A stretch of DNA of 64,000 nt, from contig MU054220.1 of the NCBI GenBank assembly GCA_013239625.1, positions 806,848 to 870,847 on the forward strand, written 5' to 3'. A model generated the notes under the pieces. That model worked only from the letters and a program-made list of their open reading frames with translations, was not told the origin of the DNA and did no database searches. Each line of letters starts with the position of its first letter. Position 1 is the first letter of the stretch. Of this stretch, positions 38,626 through 53,346 are shown piece by piece. A program made the position numbers and the translations under genes. Source of the DNA: Lama guanicoe. Lineage: Eukaryota.

Positions 38626-38984
38626 TGCTATAGACTGAGGATTTGTGTCCCTCTTCAAAATCATAAATTAAATCCTTTATAATGTGGTGGTATTTGGAGG
38701 AGGGCTCTTTGAGAAATGATTAGGTCGTGAAGGTGGGGTCCTCATGAATGGGATTAATGCCTTTATAAAGAGACCCCATGAGCTCACTTGACCTCTCTGC
38801 CATGTGAGGACTCAGCAAATAAGTGGCTGCCTGTGAACTAGGGAGGAGACTTTGCCAAATATGGAATCTGCTGGCACATTAACCTTGAACTTCTGAGCCT
38901 CCAGACCTATGAAATATAAGTGTTTATATTTTAAGCCACCCAGTGTATGGCTTTCTGTATTAGTAGCCCATATGGATCAAGACA
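38626..38984 (+). mobile_element. MaLR LTR (MLT1-type), duplicated copy of 14979-15338
   Basis: Same element and same flanks as 14979-15338. Confidence 0.8.
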
Positions 38985-41900
38985 GAAATTTAATTTTCAA
39001 ATTTGTGTAGTGATTTAAAGTCTTTGTTAATTGTCAATGTTGATTGGTCTGTAATCTACCTGAAGTCAGGGGAAGTTACGTGGCTTTGTGTTCTCTGTAT
39101 CTTGCACAATATATGGGACATAGAATCCGCTGTATAGACATTGTCCATTACTTGAATTCTTGATCTAATGGAGTGTGAATTTTTTCTGTTAAATTTTGAT
39201 GAACTCTTTCTACTTTAAATATATAAATATAAATATACATATACATATACATATAGCAAAAATATTTACTCTGGTATTAGCTACAAATATTTTCTTTATT
39301 ATGTTATTTATTTCATAATTGTGAGTGGTTTTATATAAGTATGTTATTTTGATATTCTTTTACTTTTTGATTTATTACTTAGAAAATCCATAATCCCATG
39401 ATATATTAATTTTAATCATTTTTAAAAAAATAACTTTACAAACATTTTATTTTTATTTAACCCACCTGAAGTTTACTTTTGTTTATGATGCGGAAACATC
39501 TAAGTGCAAACAGATAAGATAATCTACCAACATAATTATTAATTTGGTAGCAATTTGAAAATTTTCTACTTAGTATGTCAGGTTTTATACCATCAAGAAG
39601 ATTCAAGTTTGGGAAACTTTCTCCGCCTCCTTCCCGTCCTTCCTCTCTTCCCCTAAACTTTAGGGTCATTTTGCAATGTTTGAAACCTCTCATAAAACTA
39701 CATGTGGAATGCCATGACTCTACATATTTATTTTGAGGAGAATAACATGTTTTAATATCTTGTTTTCCCATTCTGAATAAGACATATATTGTGAAAGATT
39801 TATTGATGTATCAATAAAAATTTATAATCATCTCTGTGGAGTGTAAATAAAACTTGCCTTATGATTTCTTATTTAAAAAGAGGAATCTCTTATTTACATT
39901 TGATTCACATTTTCATTGAGCTGGTCAGAAAGGGCTTAATGTCTTTTTCTGGCATGAGTTACAACACAATCCTCAAAGCCATGGACATATCGTTAGCGAA
40001 TAGAGATACATCCAAGTTGGAAAGCCCAGAAAACCTATGATTTGTTGTCCACCAGTTGAGAAAGAATTCTCAGCAGAGGTAGAGGGACAAACTGAAAAGT
40101 TACTTTATTGCTAGGAAAAAGAAGGAGAAAAAATAAAAGCTGCCAAGTGGGGAGCAGTCAGCCAGGTAGCCTGTTAAGACAGCTCCAGCCCAAAAATAGG
40201 TCACAGGGTCTGTTCTTGAAAGGCTCTGTCAGTTTGCTGGTACCAGTCATCTTCTATTATCAGCTCTTTCCTCCCATGGAGCTCAGCCTTAAAACAGAAA
40301 CTTCAGTGGAAAAAGAGAACAAATAAAGAGAAACCGGGGTGTGTCCTTGGCATTGACGCAGCAGTTGTGGAACATAAATGTCTTGTTGTGTGGCTGTGTC
40401 CTTGAGATCAAGGATTCAGCTGTGGAATAAGAGAAGATGTCATGTTTTTCAATAGCCTGGCACTTTCTTCCCCTTGTTCATAACCAGCTAGTGTCAGTAA
40501 GCCTGTTTTATTACATCTCTCTTAATAAAAGTATCCAAAACCATACAAGTATGAATCCCACCACACACTCAGGTCTGGATCCAACCTCATGTGAATCTCT
40601 ATGACCATGTGTATGTGTGCATTCAATGAAATGTAGCTCTATACCCAATAGTATGTATGTGTCTGAATGCAAACACACTGGTTCAGTATATGGTGACACA
40701 TGGATCAATATTTGATGAGCAACATGAATGCATTTGTATATGTACATGCCTATGTATTTGATGTGATCACACACAGCCTGCATCTGTCTACACACAGGGC
40801 TGTATATTGCCATTTGTTTGTCTGTATCTGACCACACATGAATTTAGTCAGGTCTTGTCTGAATAATTCTTCTGTTTCTTGTGGCATGCACTGAGGCCAT
40901 GCCCTGGCATTCATCTGATTCCTGGACTTTAAGGAGAGTCCAAGATGCACTTATATGCATGGTGCCTTGCCAGAGATAACTACAAGACTGGGCTTTCCTT
41001 GGTCTCTTTCTTCTCCATGTAGATGTAGGGTAATGTAGACAATGTCTGCCCATTGAGGTTGTCAGACTTGCAAAATGGCAGCTCAGGGCTCCCAGAAAGA
41101 GGAGGCAAAGCTCTCAGACCAGTTAAGTCTCATCTCATCCTGACATAAGATTGAAGCCCAGGATATCAAGTTTTAAATTCAGACTAATCTTTATATCAAA
41201 GAATGAAAAGGTAACTTATGGTTTGGGATAAAATATTTGTAAATCACATATTTCATAATGAATTAATATCTAAAATATATAAAGAACTTCTACAACTAAA
41301 TTAAAATAAAAAACTTGATTTAAAATTGGGCAAAGCACCCCAACAGATATTCTTCCCAAAGAAGACATGCAAGTGTCCAATAGGAACATGAGAATTTGCA
41401 CAACATTACTAATCAACAGGGAAAAGCAAGTGAAAACCACAATGACATGTCACCTCACACTTGTTAGGATGGCTATATGAGTTATGTAGCAGACAACACA
41501 TCTTAATGATGATGTGGAGAGAATGGAAACCTACTATACTTCGGTGGGAATATAAATTTGTTCAGCCATTATGGAGATTTCTCAAAATATTAAAAATAAA
41601 ACTGCTGTATGATTCAGCAATCCTATGTGTGTCTGCATATCCAAAATATGAAATCAGGTAACTGAAGAGATATCTGTACCCTCATTTTCATTGCAACATT
41701 AATTACAAAATGAAACCATGACAGAAATAAATGTATTCTACCATCTCTGAATATAATTGAAGAGTGGAATTACTTTCAATACCATGCTAGTCTAATTCTA
41801 GAATTGACACAAGATACAACTACTATGAAAAAGTACTGTAGACTTTACCTGATGTGAAATGTCAATATTATAACATGATTCATAATTGTCATTTATGTGC

Positions 41901-44849
41901 ATCTGGAAATAATATTTAAAATTATGATTTGAATGAATGGTAGATTGATTAAAAAGCAAAGTATTATAATAAAACATTTAAACAGATAGTCACCCACTTA
42001 AATGATTAATTTAGGTAATAGCAAATATTCAGAATTAATATAAAGCTCATTGGTTTCAATTGCTTAAATTCATAAATGGCCAACCAATTTTTTTTCTGTC
42101 ATAGTATTTTTTCTTGATGTAGACTTAAGGAAGAGTTCAAAGTTGAAGATGAATGCTATAAGCTCTCCTCTGAAGTACAGTTAAGTTACATGAAATAATT
42201 GGATTGTTGGCAAGATCTCCTAGTGGAGGTGAAATGCCCCTGAGGTCCAATCAACCACAGCTACTAAGCTTCATTGAACTGGCCTAGAAACAGGAGATGT
42301 GGTAGCACTTTTAAGACTCAAGAGAAAGGCCTTATCCAAAGGTACTACTTATAAATCAGCAAAGTCACACTGTAGATGAGCTAGTTGGCATCTTTAATCT
42401 TATATCTTTACTTCTTTCTTGGTGAACAAACAGCTGCCTCGGGCCCTGGCCATGGAGCTGTGTCAGACAAGTTCATAGGTAAGATTTTTTTTCCCCAGGA
42501 AATCATATTTTCATAGACTCTCAAGATTAAACGACCCTTACAAATTATAGCATCACCCCTCATCCTCCCCAATCTGAGATTTCAATCCATCTTCAGCACG
42601 TGAAATATTAACAAAGAATGACTCAACTACAATACTACCAATTTAGAAGTAAAAATATTTGGGATATTTTTTTCTAATTGTTATATATTTAAATTAGAAG
42701 AATAATATAATTAGTTAGAATTAAATTAGAATAACTATATAACTCTAATTTCCATCCACAATTTTCCCCACTTTATAAAATACATCAGATTTTCCTATGA
42801 CATTGCACCATTTTCAAAAACATCTCTTTTAAAAACTACACATGTGTCAAAGAGATGCAGTGTACTTTAATTATCCATTTCTGCAATGTGGAACATCCCA
42901 TGTCATTTCTAAATTTTCCACACCTCTTAATAATTATGTTGAACATATTTGTAAAAAAAGACTTTTAGCTTCTATAATATTTTCATTTAGAATTTAACCC
43001 TATAAAGAACACTGTGATGCCAAAGAAAAAATAATATGTATTTCTTCATAGTTATTTCTAAATCACATTTACTAATTATGTATAATTCTTACTTTATGTA
43101 AAATCTTCTCTTTTTTGATCTGCTGGGGAGTCGGCCACAGAGTAAAGGAATACAATGAAGCTGCTGCACTTTGTTTCCACATATGTATACATTTTTCATA
43201 TTATTTAAATAAAAAATAAAGCTCTTTATTCATTTATCTTTGAAAGGAAAAGACGGGTTTTTTTGCACAATGCATTGTATTATACTTTTTTTCTTTGGGA
43301 AATTTATGTCCCCAAATTCCCTCATTCCGTTGCTAATGCAGTATCTTGTAACCAGGAATGATGGACGATGGATGCTATGGGAAGATGGAAGAAGAAGGCA
43401 TGAGAATACCTGTGGCAGAAACATAAAAGAGTGGGAAGGTCATTCACATCATGGAGGGATGAGTTTCTGCTGTTCGGTGATTAAATTGCTGGGAAGGGAT
43501 TACCAAAGGCATTTCCAGGGACACTTTTTATAACTTTATGGGAACACACATACATTACTATACACAGTCAGAGCACAATAAAGATTTGTTGAATGAGTGA
43601 ACTTGTAGTAGGTCCTTATAGTAATAGACTTCATGTGTGTTTGTGCTGTGTGTCTATATATGTTTATGTGTATAGTCCATACCTACCTCTCTATCTTACC
43701 TAGCAAACTATTACTTTTTGTTGTCTATATTAAATTTTACTTTTAGAACTTTGAAAATAAGGATTTCTTTGCTTAGCAGATACTCACAAACTGAACATTT
43801 ATGCAATAGGTTTTTATCCAAGTCTACTGAAGCTGTAAGTTTATTGAATATGACTGTTAACATATATATGGACAGAATTTGAAAAATAAAAATACAGATT
43901 AAAAAGCCCTACGATTATCTTGAAAATAAAATTGCCTAATAACATATTCATTCTTACAGGCAATTAATATTTCCATATTGTCCCATAAAGTATGCCAAAA
44001 AATATTAACCTGATATGCAGCGTCCTTTCAAGCATTTGCTTAGGATTCTTATAAAGTGGACAGTAATGATAAACAGAACACAAGGATGAGAACACTTGAA
44101 TTCCTGGTAGGTTTATGCCCTCTAGGGGAGCAGGCATATTCTCACCCAAGGAGAATGGTAATTTACCAAGCACTTACTCATCACCTAACAGGTTTCAGGC
44201 AGTGCAGACATCATGCCAGGCACTTTGGTAGGTGCACTGAGGAAACACACTTGAATAGCTGGTGTGTTCCAGGAGGTACCAGGAAGAGCGTGTTGCATAC
44301 ATTTCCCTAAACTGCCTGCTTATGGGAGATATGCATTCATGGTGTCTTTCCTCCCACACTTAGAGCTGAGGGTTCAAGTGTGAATTTTCACAGAAGAGGA
44401 AACACCTCTTACTTGTGTGCTGCACCTCTCAGCTTACAAGATCCATCTGAGAATTACACTTTGTAACCTCATAAACACAGAGAAAGGCTCAGAACCATAG
44501 GACACAGAGGTGATGTAGCAGAGTCACATGGAGCTGGAGCCAGTGTGAGAATCCAGATCTTATGCAGACAGCCCAGGATTATCTCAGTAAATTACTCACC
44601 AAATGTTGCCCTATAGATGTTTTACAGGTGACAGGTACTAGGTGTCTGAAGAGATGGAAACATCGTGGAGGAAGTAAGAGAGAATTGAAACAAGCACTGA
44701 GACAGGAGTGTCAAGGACACGCTCCACAGGTACAGTGACTGCTCTAGTTTTGTATCAAGATACTCAGACAACAATCCTTTCATGATTAATGGGAATCATT
44801 TCTTATTTTTTGTAGGTAATTCAGGCCCTAGGAAGGTGTTACTTGATGA

Positions 44850-45776
44850 ATGGATTTCCTCACACCTCCCAACAATGTGACTGAATTTGTTCTCTTGGGA
44901 CTCACGCAGAATCCACACCTGCAGAAAATACTCTTCATTGTCTTTTTGCTCATTTTCCTATTTACCATGTTGGCCAATCTGCTCATGGTCATTACCATAT
45001 CCCTCAGCCCTGTACTTTCAGCTCCCATGTACTTCTTCCTCACCTATTTATCCTTCATAGATGCCCTCTTCAGCTCTGTCACAACTCCAAAAATGCTCAT
45101 TGACCTACTGTACCAGAGAGGAACCATCTCCTGGGGTGGCTGCATGACCCAGCTCTTTTTGGAACATTTCCTGGCAGCATCAGAGGTCATAGTCCTTACT
45201 GTCATGGCTTATGACCGCTATGTGGCCATCTTCAAGCCTCTGCACTATACAACCATCATGCGACAGGGGCTCTGTCAGCTCCTAGTGGTGGTGGCCTGGA
45301 TTGGGGGAGTCCTACATGCCACTGTGCAGATTGTTTTTGCATTTGACTTGACCTTCTGTGGTCCCAATGTCATTGACCACTTCATGTGTGATTTCTTCTC
45401 ACTGTTAAAACTTGCCTGCAGCGACACCTACAGGCTTGGAGTGGTGGTGGCAGCCAACAGTGGGGGCATGTGCTTACTCATTTTTTCCATGCTACTCATC
45501 TCCTACATAGTCATCCTGAGCTCCCTGAAATCCCACGGCTCTGAAGGACGGCACAAGGCCCTCTCTACCTGTGGCTCCCACTTTACAGTTGTGGTGCTCT
45601 ATTTTGTCCCTTGTATATTCACCTACACACGTCCTGTGGCCACTTATCCTGTGGACAAGTTTATGAGTATGTTCTATGCAATATTCACTCCCATGTTAAA
45701 CCCTATCATTTACACAGTGAGAAACACAGAGGTGAAAAATGCCATGAGGAGTTTGTTGAAGAGGAGAGTAACTTAG
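44850..45776 (+). CDS. Olfactory receptor family 4, OR4C-like, intact 308 aa
   Basis: OR motifs are present. AICKPLHY reads AIFKPLHY. Confidence 0.92.
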   Translation: MDFLTPPNNVTEFVLLGLTQNPHLQKILFIVFLLIFLFTMLANLLMVITISLSPVLSAPMYFFLTYLSFIDALFSSVTTPKMLIDLLYQRGTISWGGCMTQLFLEHFLAASEVIVLTVMAYDRYVAIFKPLHYTTIMRQGLCQLLVVVAWIGGVLHATVQIVFAFDLTFCGPNVIDHFMCDFFSLLKLACSDTYRLGVVVAANSGGMCLLIFSMLLISYIVILSSLKSHGSEGRHKALSTCGSHFTVVVLYFVPCIFTYTRPVATYPVDKFMSMFYAIFTPMLNPIIYTVRNTEVKNAMRSLLKRRVT

Positions 45777-48700
45777 GCTGTTCATGATGCCAAGAAACTG
45801 ATGATTTCTATACACGTGAGGGTTATACATGTTGTAAATTGTGCAGGAAAGCAAAGAAATTTTGCAGATCATTGACAGATAAAAAAGGTCCATAAACTTG
45901 TGTTTGTCAATCATTTAATATTGGCTAGTCATTTTTTAAATGTTTTGATAATTTGTAATATACTTTACCAAGGCTTCAATGTTCAGAATTAAAGCTTCAG
46001 AATAGTCAATGAAGAGAACAACTATAAACCCCTAGTATGATGAATATAGATGAATATATGTTTTTCTCTAGATTCTTTGTTCTACTTTACAAAATTCATC
46101 AGGTATATTACTTGGATGGAGTTCGCCTTTCCTTAGGAATTTAATCTCAGAAGTTTTTCTAGTTTTGCTTAGCCTGTGGTGATCAATTAAGGGATAGAAG
46201 TTCTTATTCTCATTCTTAGATACTTGATGAAAGGACATTTGCATGAAGGAATCACTGCTTATTTTGTATGTGTGTGCATGCTACGAATTTACCGAAAGTA
46301 AAAAGGGAGATACTTGCAAAAGAAGGAAAAGATAATTCACAATCTATCACCAATTCTCTTTTGGCAAAAAAACAAGTCTGAAATTTTGAGATTACTTTTA
46401 GTTTGCTCCTTTTTCTTAAATATCCTACGGCTCCCAGTTTTCATGAATATAAAGGAAATGTTTTATTTTTACATAGCAAGACTGGAGGAGCCAATTGAAG
46501 CATAGATAATCATTTTTTTACCAAAATTCAACAGAATAGCCTATGGTTAGGTTCCAAAAGTAATGAACTAGGAGTCTGATACACATATTTGCATTAAATT
46601 AACACTTTATTATCTCTCAGGCAGAGTCACTTCAGTTGATTCATCCACGAACTCAACTGGTCATTCCATGATCAGTGTCTCCATTTTACAGGGAAGTAAA
46701 TTGAACCTAAGAGAGGCTTACTAATTTACTTGCCTCACATCATGCATGGCTACCCTATCTAGTGTGTCAGGGACTGTTACACTGAGATGCACCTTCCTTT
46801 CACAAATTTCGACTATGAAATTCCAGCACAGGTCTTTAAAACTCAGTCTTACTGTCTTTCAACTGGAACACAATTGTCTGTGGTACGTTTAGGTCTATAG
46901 ATTAAAAAATTATATGGAATCTTAATTCAAAAGCTTTGTCCTTCGAGAAGATGATGTCAGATTTGCCGCAGCCTTGCCTCACATGGAGCTGTCCATTTCA
47001 GCACTACAATTGTTTTTCCCTCTCTTTGAAAGTTTGAGTTACGCCATTTAACTTTCGCAAAAGACCGATATTAGTATGGTGTCATATGTCTTCTCTGAAA
47101 GAAGAATCACCTTCAGATATCTTTCAGTTATTGCAAATAAGTACTAAAGTACTAAGATTAGTCTCCATTAAAAAAAGTGGCTAAAGTGAACTTTCAGAAA
47201 GTGGGGTAACTGCACTGCTCCTCTATGTGTGTGGAGAATACCAGGTCATTCTACTTTATTACATAACTCTTTAGAAAGCAAAGCTTCTCTGACTACACCA
47301 CTCTTTCACATGTAGTTCTCACAGACCTTCCTTTCCCAAACTCAATGATCAAATGGAGCTATTTCTTCTATAATTTGACCATACAGTAAAGCCAGAGCAT
47401 GGTACTGGGGTGACTGTGTTTACTAAGGTGGGCATGGCTGTCTCCAATTCATAAGAGACAGAACGTTTTCCCAGCACCTCATCTATTTATATGGTCATAT
47501 TTGCAATTGCTGGTGAGAATTAAACATTTCAGCATAATCTAAACTAAATGATGTGTGGTTCACTTTGTCTTATGGTTATTAGATAGAAGATGAGAGTAAA
47601 CCAGGGCTAAGGGTAGAAAAAGTGTTGGTTAATTGTTATTTCTATTCTAAGGCCAAATGGAGAATTTGAAGAGGGAAATTAAGCCAGTGATTGTGTCTTA
47701 GGGGCTATCCCAAGGGCTCAGTGGAGGGGTGAGAGGATTAATTAGGCACAAATTATAAACTGTCAGTAGCAAACTTGGAAGGTGCAAGAACTGAAGGAGG
47801 AAATACAAGGCAGTCTGGTGGTCTCAGTGGATAAGGTCTCACTGGCTGGTGAGTGAGGTTAACGCTTGTTAAGATGTTCCCTTCAACTCATCATCAATAG
47901 TCTCTCCTGAGGACAGAGTATCACCTGATTATTTCTGGTACTTAAAATAACAAATAAAGGATAGATTATGTTTCTTCTAAAAATTAATGACATAAGTAAA
48001 GTTTGGCTCTAGTGTGTTAAAAATATGTTGGTTTAATCTGGATTTTCAATTCAGTGAAATTATTAAGAATTTAGCAAGGGAAATGAGCTAACTGTTGTTA
48101 AAGGCCAACCATGAAGCATAGATTTTGAGAAGTTCTTTATATATTTTAACTTTCTTAATGTAGCAACGTGTATTATTAGAGAGGATTTTACTCCATTTCA
48201 TAAAAGAAGAAAATGAGACTCAATGGACTTAAGCCATAATACGTTGTCTTTAGACTCTGCCTATCTATTCTTCCCACTCCACTCTTTGTTTTACTGATGT
48301 GAAAATACCAAAACACAGATCTGAACATTGGCCACATTGTGGAGACTGTCATTGAGGCATTCTTATTTTTGGGGTGATGTAGTGACTTCTCTTTAGGTCT
48401 TTACTGATCGTCATTTCCGAAGTTACTTATTTAGCAAGCATATTATGGTTATGAAAACATGATAGAGAGTAAGAACATCATCTTCAGCATCAAGAGATAG
48501 GTTTTATTTCACATTATGCCATCATTTTTTTCCCCATAACCTTAAACAGCCTCCCCTATTTCTACAAGTAGTTTATTTGGGGAAGTTGGAAGGTGTTTCC
48601 ACATTCTGTGATTTTGCCTGAGTGAATATGTTTATTGCCATAAATATAGTTATTTTTGTTTCTACTTCAATTGGAGGTAAAACTGGAAGAGTTATGAGAC

Positions 48701-51288
48701 CACAGTCCACCTCCCAAAACTTTTCTGTTTCTGGTAAACAACTTCAGAGATGTTCTTCTGTGATAAAACTGTCTCTGTATTGGACTAACACAGCATGAAC
48801 TCTGCTCTTGTGTGCTTTGTTATATTGAGAACATGTTCCTCTACTTAGTGAAATGTCATCAAAACACTGGCAGATATCTTGTTTTTGTGAAATTAGTCCC
48901 TGAACCTATCAAGGTTAATCCATTCCTCACCTAATTTCTGATCAACTGTGGTAAAATCTATATAAAATTTCTTCTGCTTTCTTTCTGATTTACTCTTCAA
49001 GTTTGAGAATCTGTGTTGTTCTCTCTTCAGGGTTTACAACACTCTGGCCTTGGATTTGTATTCTGGGTACAGACTTTCCTGGTATAGCTCCAGGAACTCC
49101 TTTTGTGAAAAATTATTTTCCTGGACAGTCCTCACTGCTTTACACCTATCTCTGTTCTCCTTCCAAGTCTTGCCTCTCTAGGGCTTGGGGAGCTAGACTA
49201 GGCAGGGGTTGGGTTTCTAAAGCAATCTCTCTGCCCAAAACTGTAGCTATTCAAGTAGAGGCTGGAAGACCACTTAATGGACCATTGTGAAGGGATGTCA
49301 AGCTTTTATGAAGTTGGAATGATGACTGTCTGTACATGCTAATTCTCTGATCTGTCTCTGGCTTTCATTACAGAGTTGAAAGACAAATTCAAGTTGAAAG
49401 ACATTTTCATGATGACACTTCAGGAAAATCCATATTCCCCATAGTTCTATAGATAGTTTCAGGGCCTCATTCATACAATCTTTGGCATCTAACATCACAA
49501 GTGTTATTTTGGCACTATAATAGTAAAGTGTCTAGTCAAACCAGGTTTACTCATGTGGTTTCAGTTTCCTTAAACTCTTTCCCTTCATGACACGTGCTGC
49601 TCACAGTCACCACATTCTTTGGAGCCAATCCAGAATTATGTACAATTTTTTTCTTATTATTAATTCAAGCATATTGGAACATGGTGATTTAGTGTGCTTC
49701 TGTATATGAATATTCATAAGTTGAATTGGACTGAATCTATTTTTAAAATAATTTCAAATATCAATTGTGTTTATTTTAGTAGGTAATTGTAATAGGTCTT
49801 ACAATAGGTGGCAAGAAAGAAATGTTCTACCATCTCTGAATGTAATTGAAGGATGAAATTATTTTCATCATTATCATTACCATATCATCTCAATTCCAGA
49901 ATGAGACAAGCTCCAGCTACTTTGAAAATTGCTGTAAACTTTATTAGGTGTAAAGTGCTAATATAATAAGGTTCATAATTGTCACTTAATGTATGTCTGA
50001 AAACAATATTTAAAGCTGTGATTAGCATTAATGGTAGATCAACTGAAATATAGAATACATTCATGAAAATGTTTAAATCAGATAGTTAACCACCCAAATT
50101 ATTAATTCATACAATAGTCAACCTCCATATTATACACATTTGTTATCAAATACATAAACTCAGAAATGGTAAATTTTTTTTATCATAGTGTTTTGTCTTC
50201 ATGTAGACTTAATGAGGAGTTCAAAATTAAAGACGAATGCTATAGGAGTTCTATTGTGAAGTTCTTGTGCTGCTGGCAAGATCTCCTAATGATGGTGAAA
50301 TGCCCCTGAGGTCCAATCAGCCACAGCTGAGAAACTTCACCAAACTGGCCTGCAAACAGGAAATGTGGTAGCACTTTTAAGGCTCAAGAGAAATATTTTA
50401 TCCAAAGGTAAATCAGCAAAGACACTGATTGTAGCTGAGCTAGTTGGCATTTTTCATCTTACAACTTTCTTTCTTTCTTGGTGAACTAACGCTGCCTGGG
50501 GCCCTGGCCATGGAGCTACATCAGACAACTTCATAGAGTAAGGTTTCCCCCTGAAATCACATAATCATAGATTTTCAAGTGTAAATGAATCTTACAAATT
50601 ATATAATCACCTGTCATCCTCACCCATCTGAGATTTCAATCCCTCTTCAACACGCAAAACATCAAGAAAGATCGACTCAACTACAATACCACCAACTTCA
50701 AACAAAAAATGTTTGGATTTATGTTCTCAGTAATGTGTATTTAACTTAGTTATAGGAATAATATAGGTAGAATTAAATCAGTTATAATAATTATATAGTG
50801 CAAATTTGCATCATTTTTTCCTACTTAATAACACAATGTAAGAATCTCCTATGATATTACACAATTTTTAAAACACTTCTGTTAAAAACTACATATCAAT
50901 CAAAGAGATGCACCATATTTTAATTATCCATTTCTCCAATGTTGAACAGTCCATGTAGTTTCTAAATTTTCCACAGGTCTTAATAGTTGCATTGAATACA
51001 TTTATAAATAATTATTTTTATGTTTTAAGAATATTTTTCTTTAGGGTTTATTTCTAGAAAGAGCATTGTGGAGCCAAAGATAAAAGAAAAAAAGTAATCT
51101 TTATTTCTTTAGTTATTTCTAAACTGATTTTATTAATTATGTCTAATTCTTACTATATGTATAATATACTCTTTTCTGACCTGTAGGGTAAGGCAGCCAG
51201 AGAATAAGGGAATGCAATGAAGCTGATGCACTTTGTTTTTACATATGAATACATTTTCCAGCTTGGGAAATTTAAAAAAAAGCTCTTT

Positions 51289-51625
51289 CAAAAAGGCAAA
51301 TGAATTTATATATAAGACAGAAACAGATTCACATAGACTACAGACTTGTGGTTGCCGGGGGAGGGGTGGGTGGGGATAAACTGGGAGTTCGAGATTCACA
51401 TATTGACTGGCATATATAAAATATATAAACAAGTTTATACTGTATAGTGCAGGGAAATATATGCAATATCTTGTAGTAGGTCATGGTGAAAAAGAATATG
51501 AAAATGAATATATGTTTATTCATGTATGACTGAAGAATTGTGTTGTACACCAGAAATTGACATAACATTGTAAACTGGCTCTAACTCAATTAGAACATTT
51601 TTAAAATTAAAAATTAAATAAAAAT
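51289..51625 (+). mobile_element. Young 5'-truncated L1 3' end with target-site duplication
   Basis: L1 3' UTR similar to 34120-34450, flanked by aaagctcttt at 51279-51288 and 51626-51635. The empty site is at ~43218-43227. Confidence 0.88.
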
Positions 51626-52240
51626 AAAGCTCTTTATCCATTTATCTTTGAAATGAAAAGACATACTTTTGGCAGAATACATCTTATTTTGTTTATGTTT
51701 TCTCTATTCTTTGGGAAACTTATGTCCCCAGATTTCCTCATTCTATTAGTAGTGCAGTGTCCTGTAACTGGGAATGATGGATGATGGATGCTATGGGAAG
51801 ATGGGAGAAGAAGGCATGAGAATGTCTGTAGCAGAAACATAAAGGAATGGGAAGGTCACTCACATCATGGAGGGGTGAGTTGCTGCTGTTTGGTAATGAA
51901 ACTTCAGTCACTAAGGACATTTAACAAGGACACTTATCATGATTGTGTAAACAAACATACATTAATATACATAGTAAGTACCCAATAAATATTTGTTGAA
52001 TGAGTGAATTTGACATAGGCATTTATAGTAATAGATTTTGCATGTGTCGGGGTTATGTGTGTATATATGTTGATATATAGTACATTACCTACCTCTCTAC
52101 CTTACCTAGCAGACTATTTCTTTTTGTTCTCCACATTAAATTTTTATTTTTAGAATTTTGAAAATAGGGATTTTTTTCCTTGATAGATCCTTGTGTATTG
52201 AACACCTATGCAAGAGGTTTTTTTTAATTCAAATCTATGA

Positions 52241-52371
52241 AAGCTGTAAATTTACTGAATATGACTTTGTTAAATTGTATGTGGAACAACTTTTGAAGAC
52301 TAATTTTTTGAAGCTGTAAATTTACTGAATATGACTGTTAAATTGTATGTGGAACAACTTTTGAAGACTAA
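52241..52371 (+). repeat. ~70 bp tandem duplication
   Basis: aagctgtaaatttactgaatatgact..gttaaattgtatgtggaacaacttttgaagactaa occurs twice here and once in paralogs (~35573, ~43830). Confidence 0.9.
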
Positions 52372-53346
52372 AATCTATAGATTTGCAAACACTATAATCA
52401 TCTAGAAAGTAAAATGACCCACTAATATATTCTTCCTTAGAGGTAGTTAATATTTCATATTTACCCTATAAGTGTACTTGAAATGTTAAACTGGATTATA
52501 GTTTACTTTCAAATGTTGATTTATGTTTCTCATAAAGTAGAGAGTGTGATAAACAGAGCAGGAGGATGAGAATACTTGTATCCATTGTAGGTTTTTTGTC
52601 TGGGGAAGCAGGTGTATTGTTACCCATGGAGAATGGCAATTCACCAAGTGCTCACTCATTACCTAGTGGGTTTCAGGCAGTGCAGACATTATGCCAGGCA
52701 CTGTGGTAGGTGCAGTGAGGAAACACACCTGAATACCTTATGTGTTCTGGTAGGTACCAAGGAGATTGAGTTGGCAATGACATATACATTTCCCTAAAGT
52801 ACCTGCTTATGGTAGATATTTATTGATGATGTCTTTCTTTCCACAGTTAAAGTGAGGATTCAGGTATAAATTTTCATGGGAGAAGAAATACCTCTTACCT
52901 GTGTGCAGCAGCTCTCAGCTTACAATATACAAAAGAGAATTACAAATTGTAAGCCCACAGACACGAAGGAGGAATCAAAACCATGGGACACAGAGATGAC
53001 TGAGCAGAGTCATACAGAGCTGGAAGAAGAAAGAGAATCAAGATATTGTGTAGATAGCCCAGAACTTTCACAGTAAATTACCCTTCAAATGCTGCCCTAT
53101 AGATGTTCCACAGGTGACAGGTACGAGGTGTCTGAAGAGATGGAAACATCATGGAGGACGTAAGAGAGAACTGAAACAAGCACTGAGGCAGGAGTGTCAA
53201 GGACACACTCCACAGGTAAAGTGACTGCTCTGTTTTTGTACCACAATATTCAGATCACAATTCTTTCATGATTAATGGGAATCATTCCTTATTCTTATAG
53301 ATAATTTAGGCCCCAGGAAGGTGTTACTTGATGACTGGACTGCCTC

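Larger units (their letters stand above)
38420..48375 (+). repeat. Tandem segmental-duplication unit 3 (carries gene 44850)
   Basis: The upstream part matches 14755-20210 and the downstream 45777-48375 matches 54262-57470. Confidence 0.85.

Noticed and set aside
46750..47530. Possible processed pseudogene shared with 55230-56000
   Set aside because: The similarity is explained by the segmental duplication. Frames are not preserved between copies and I recognise no protein
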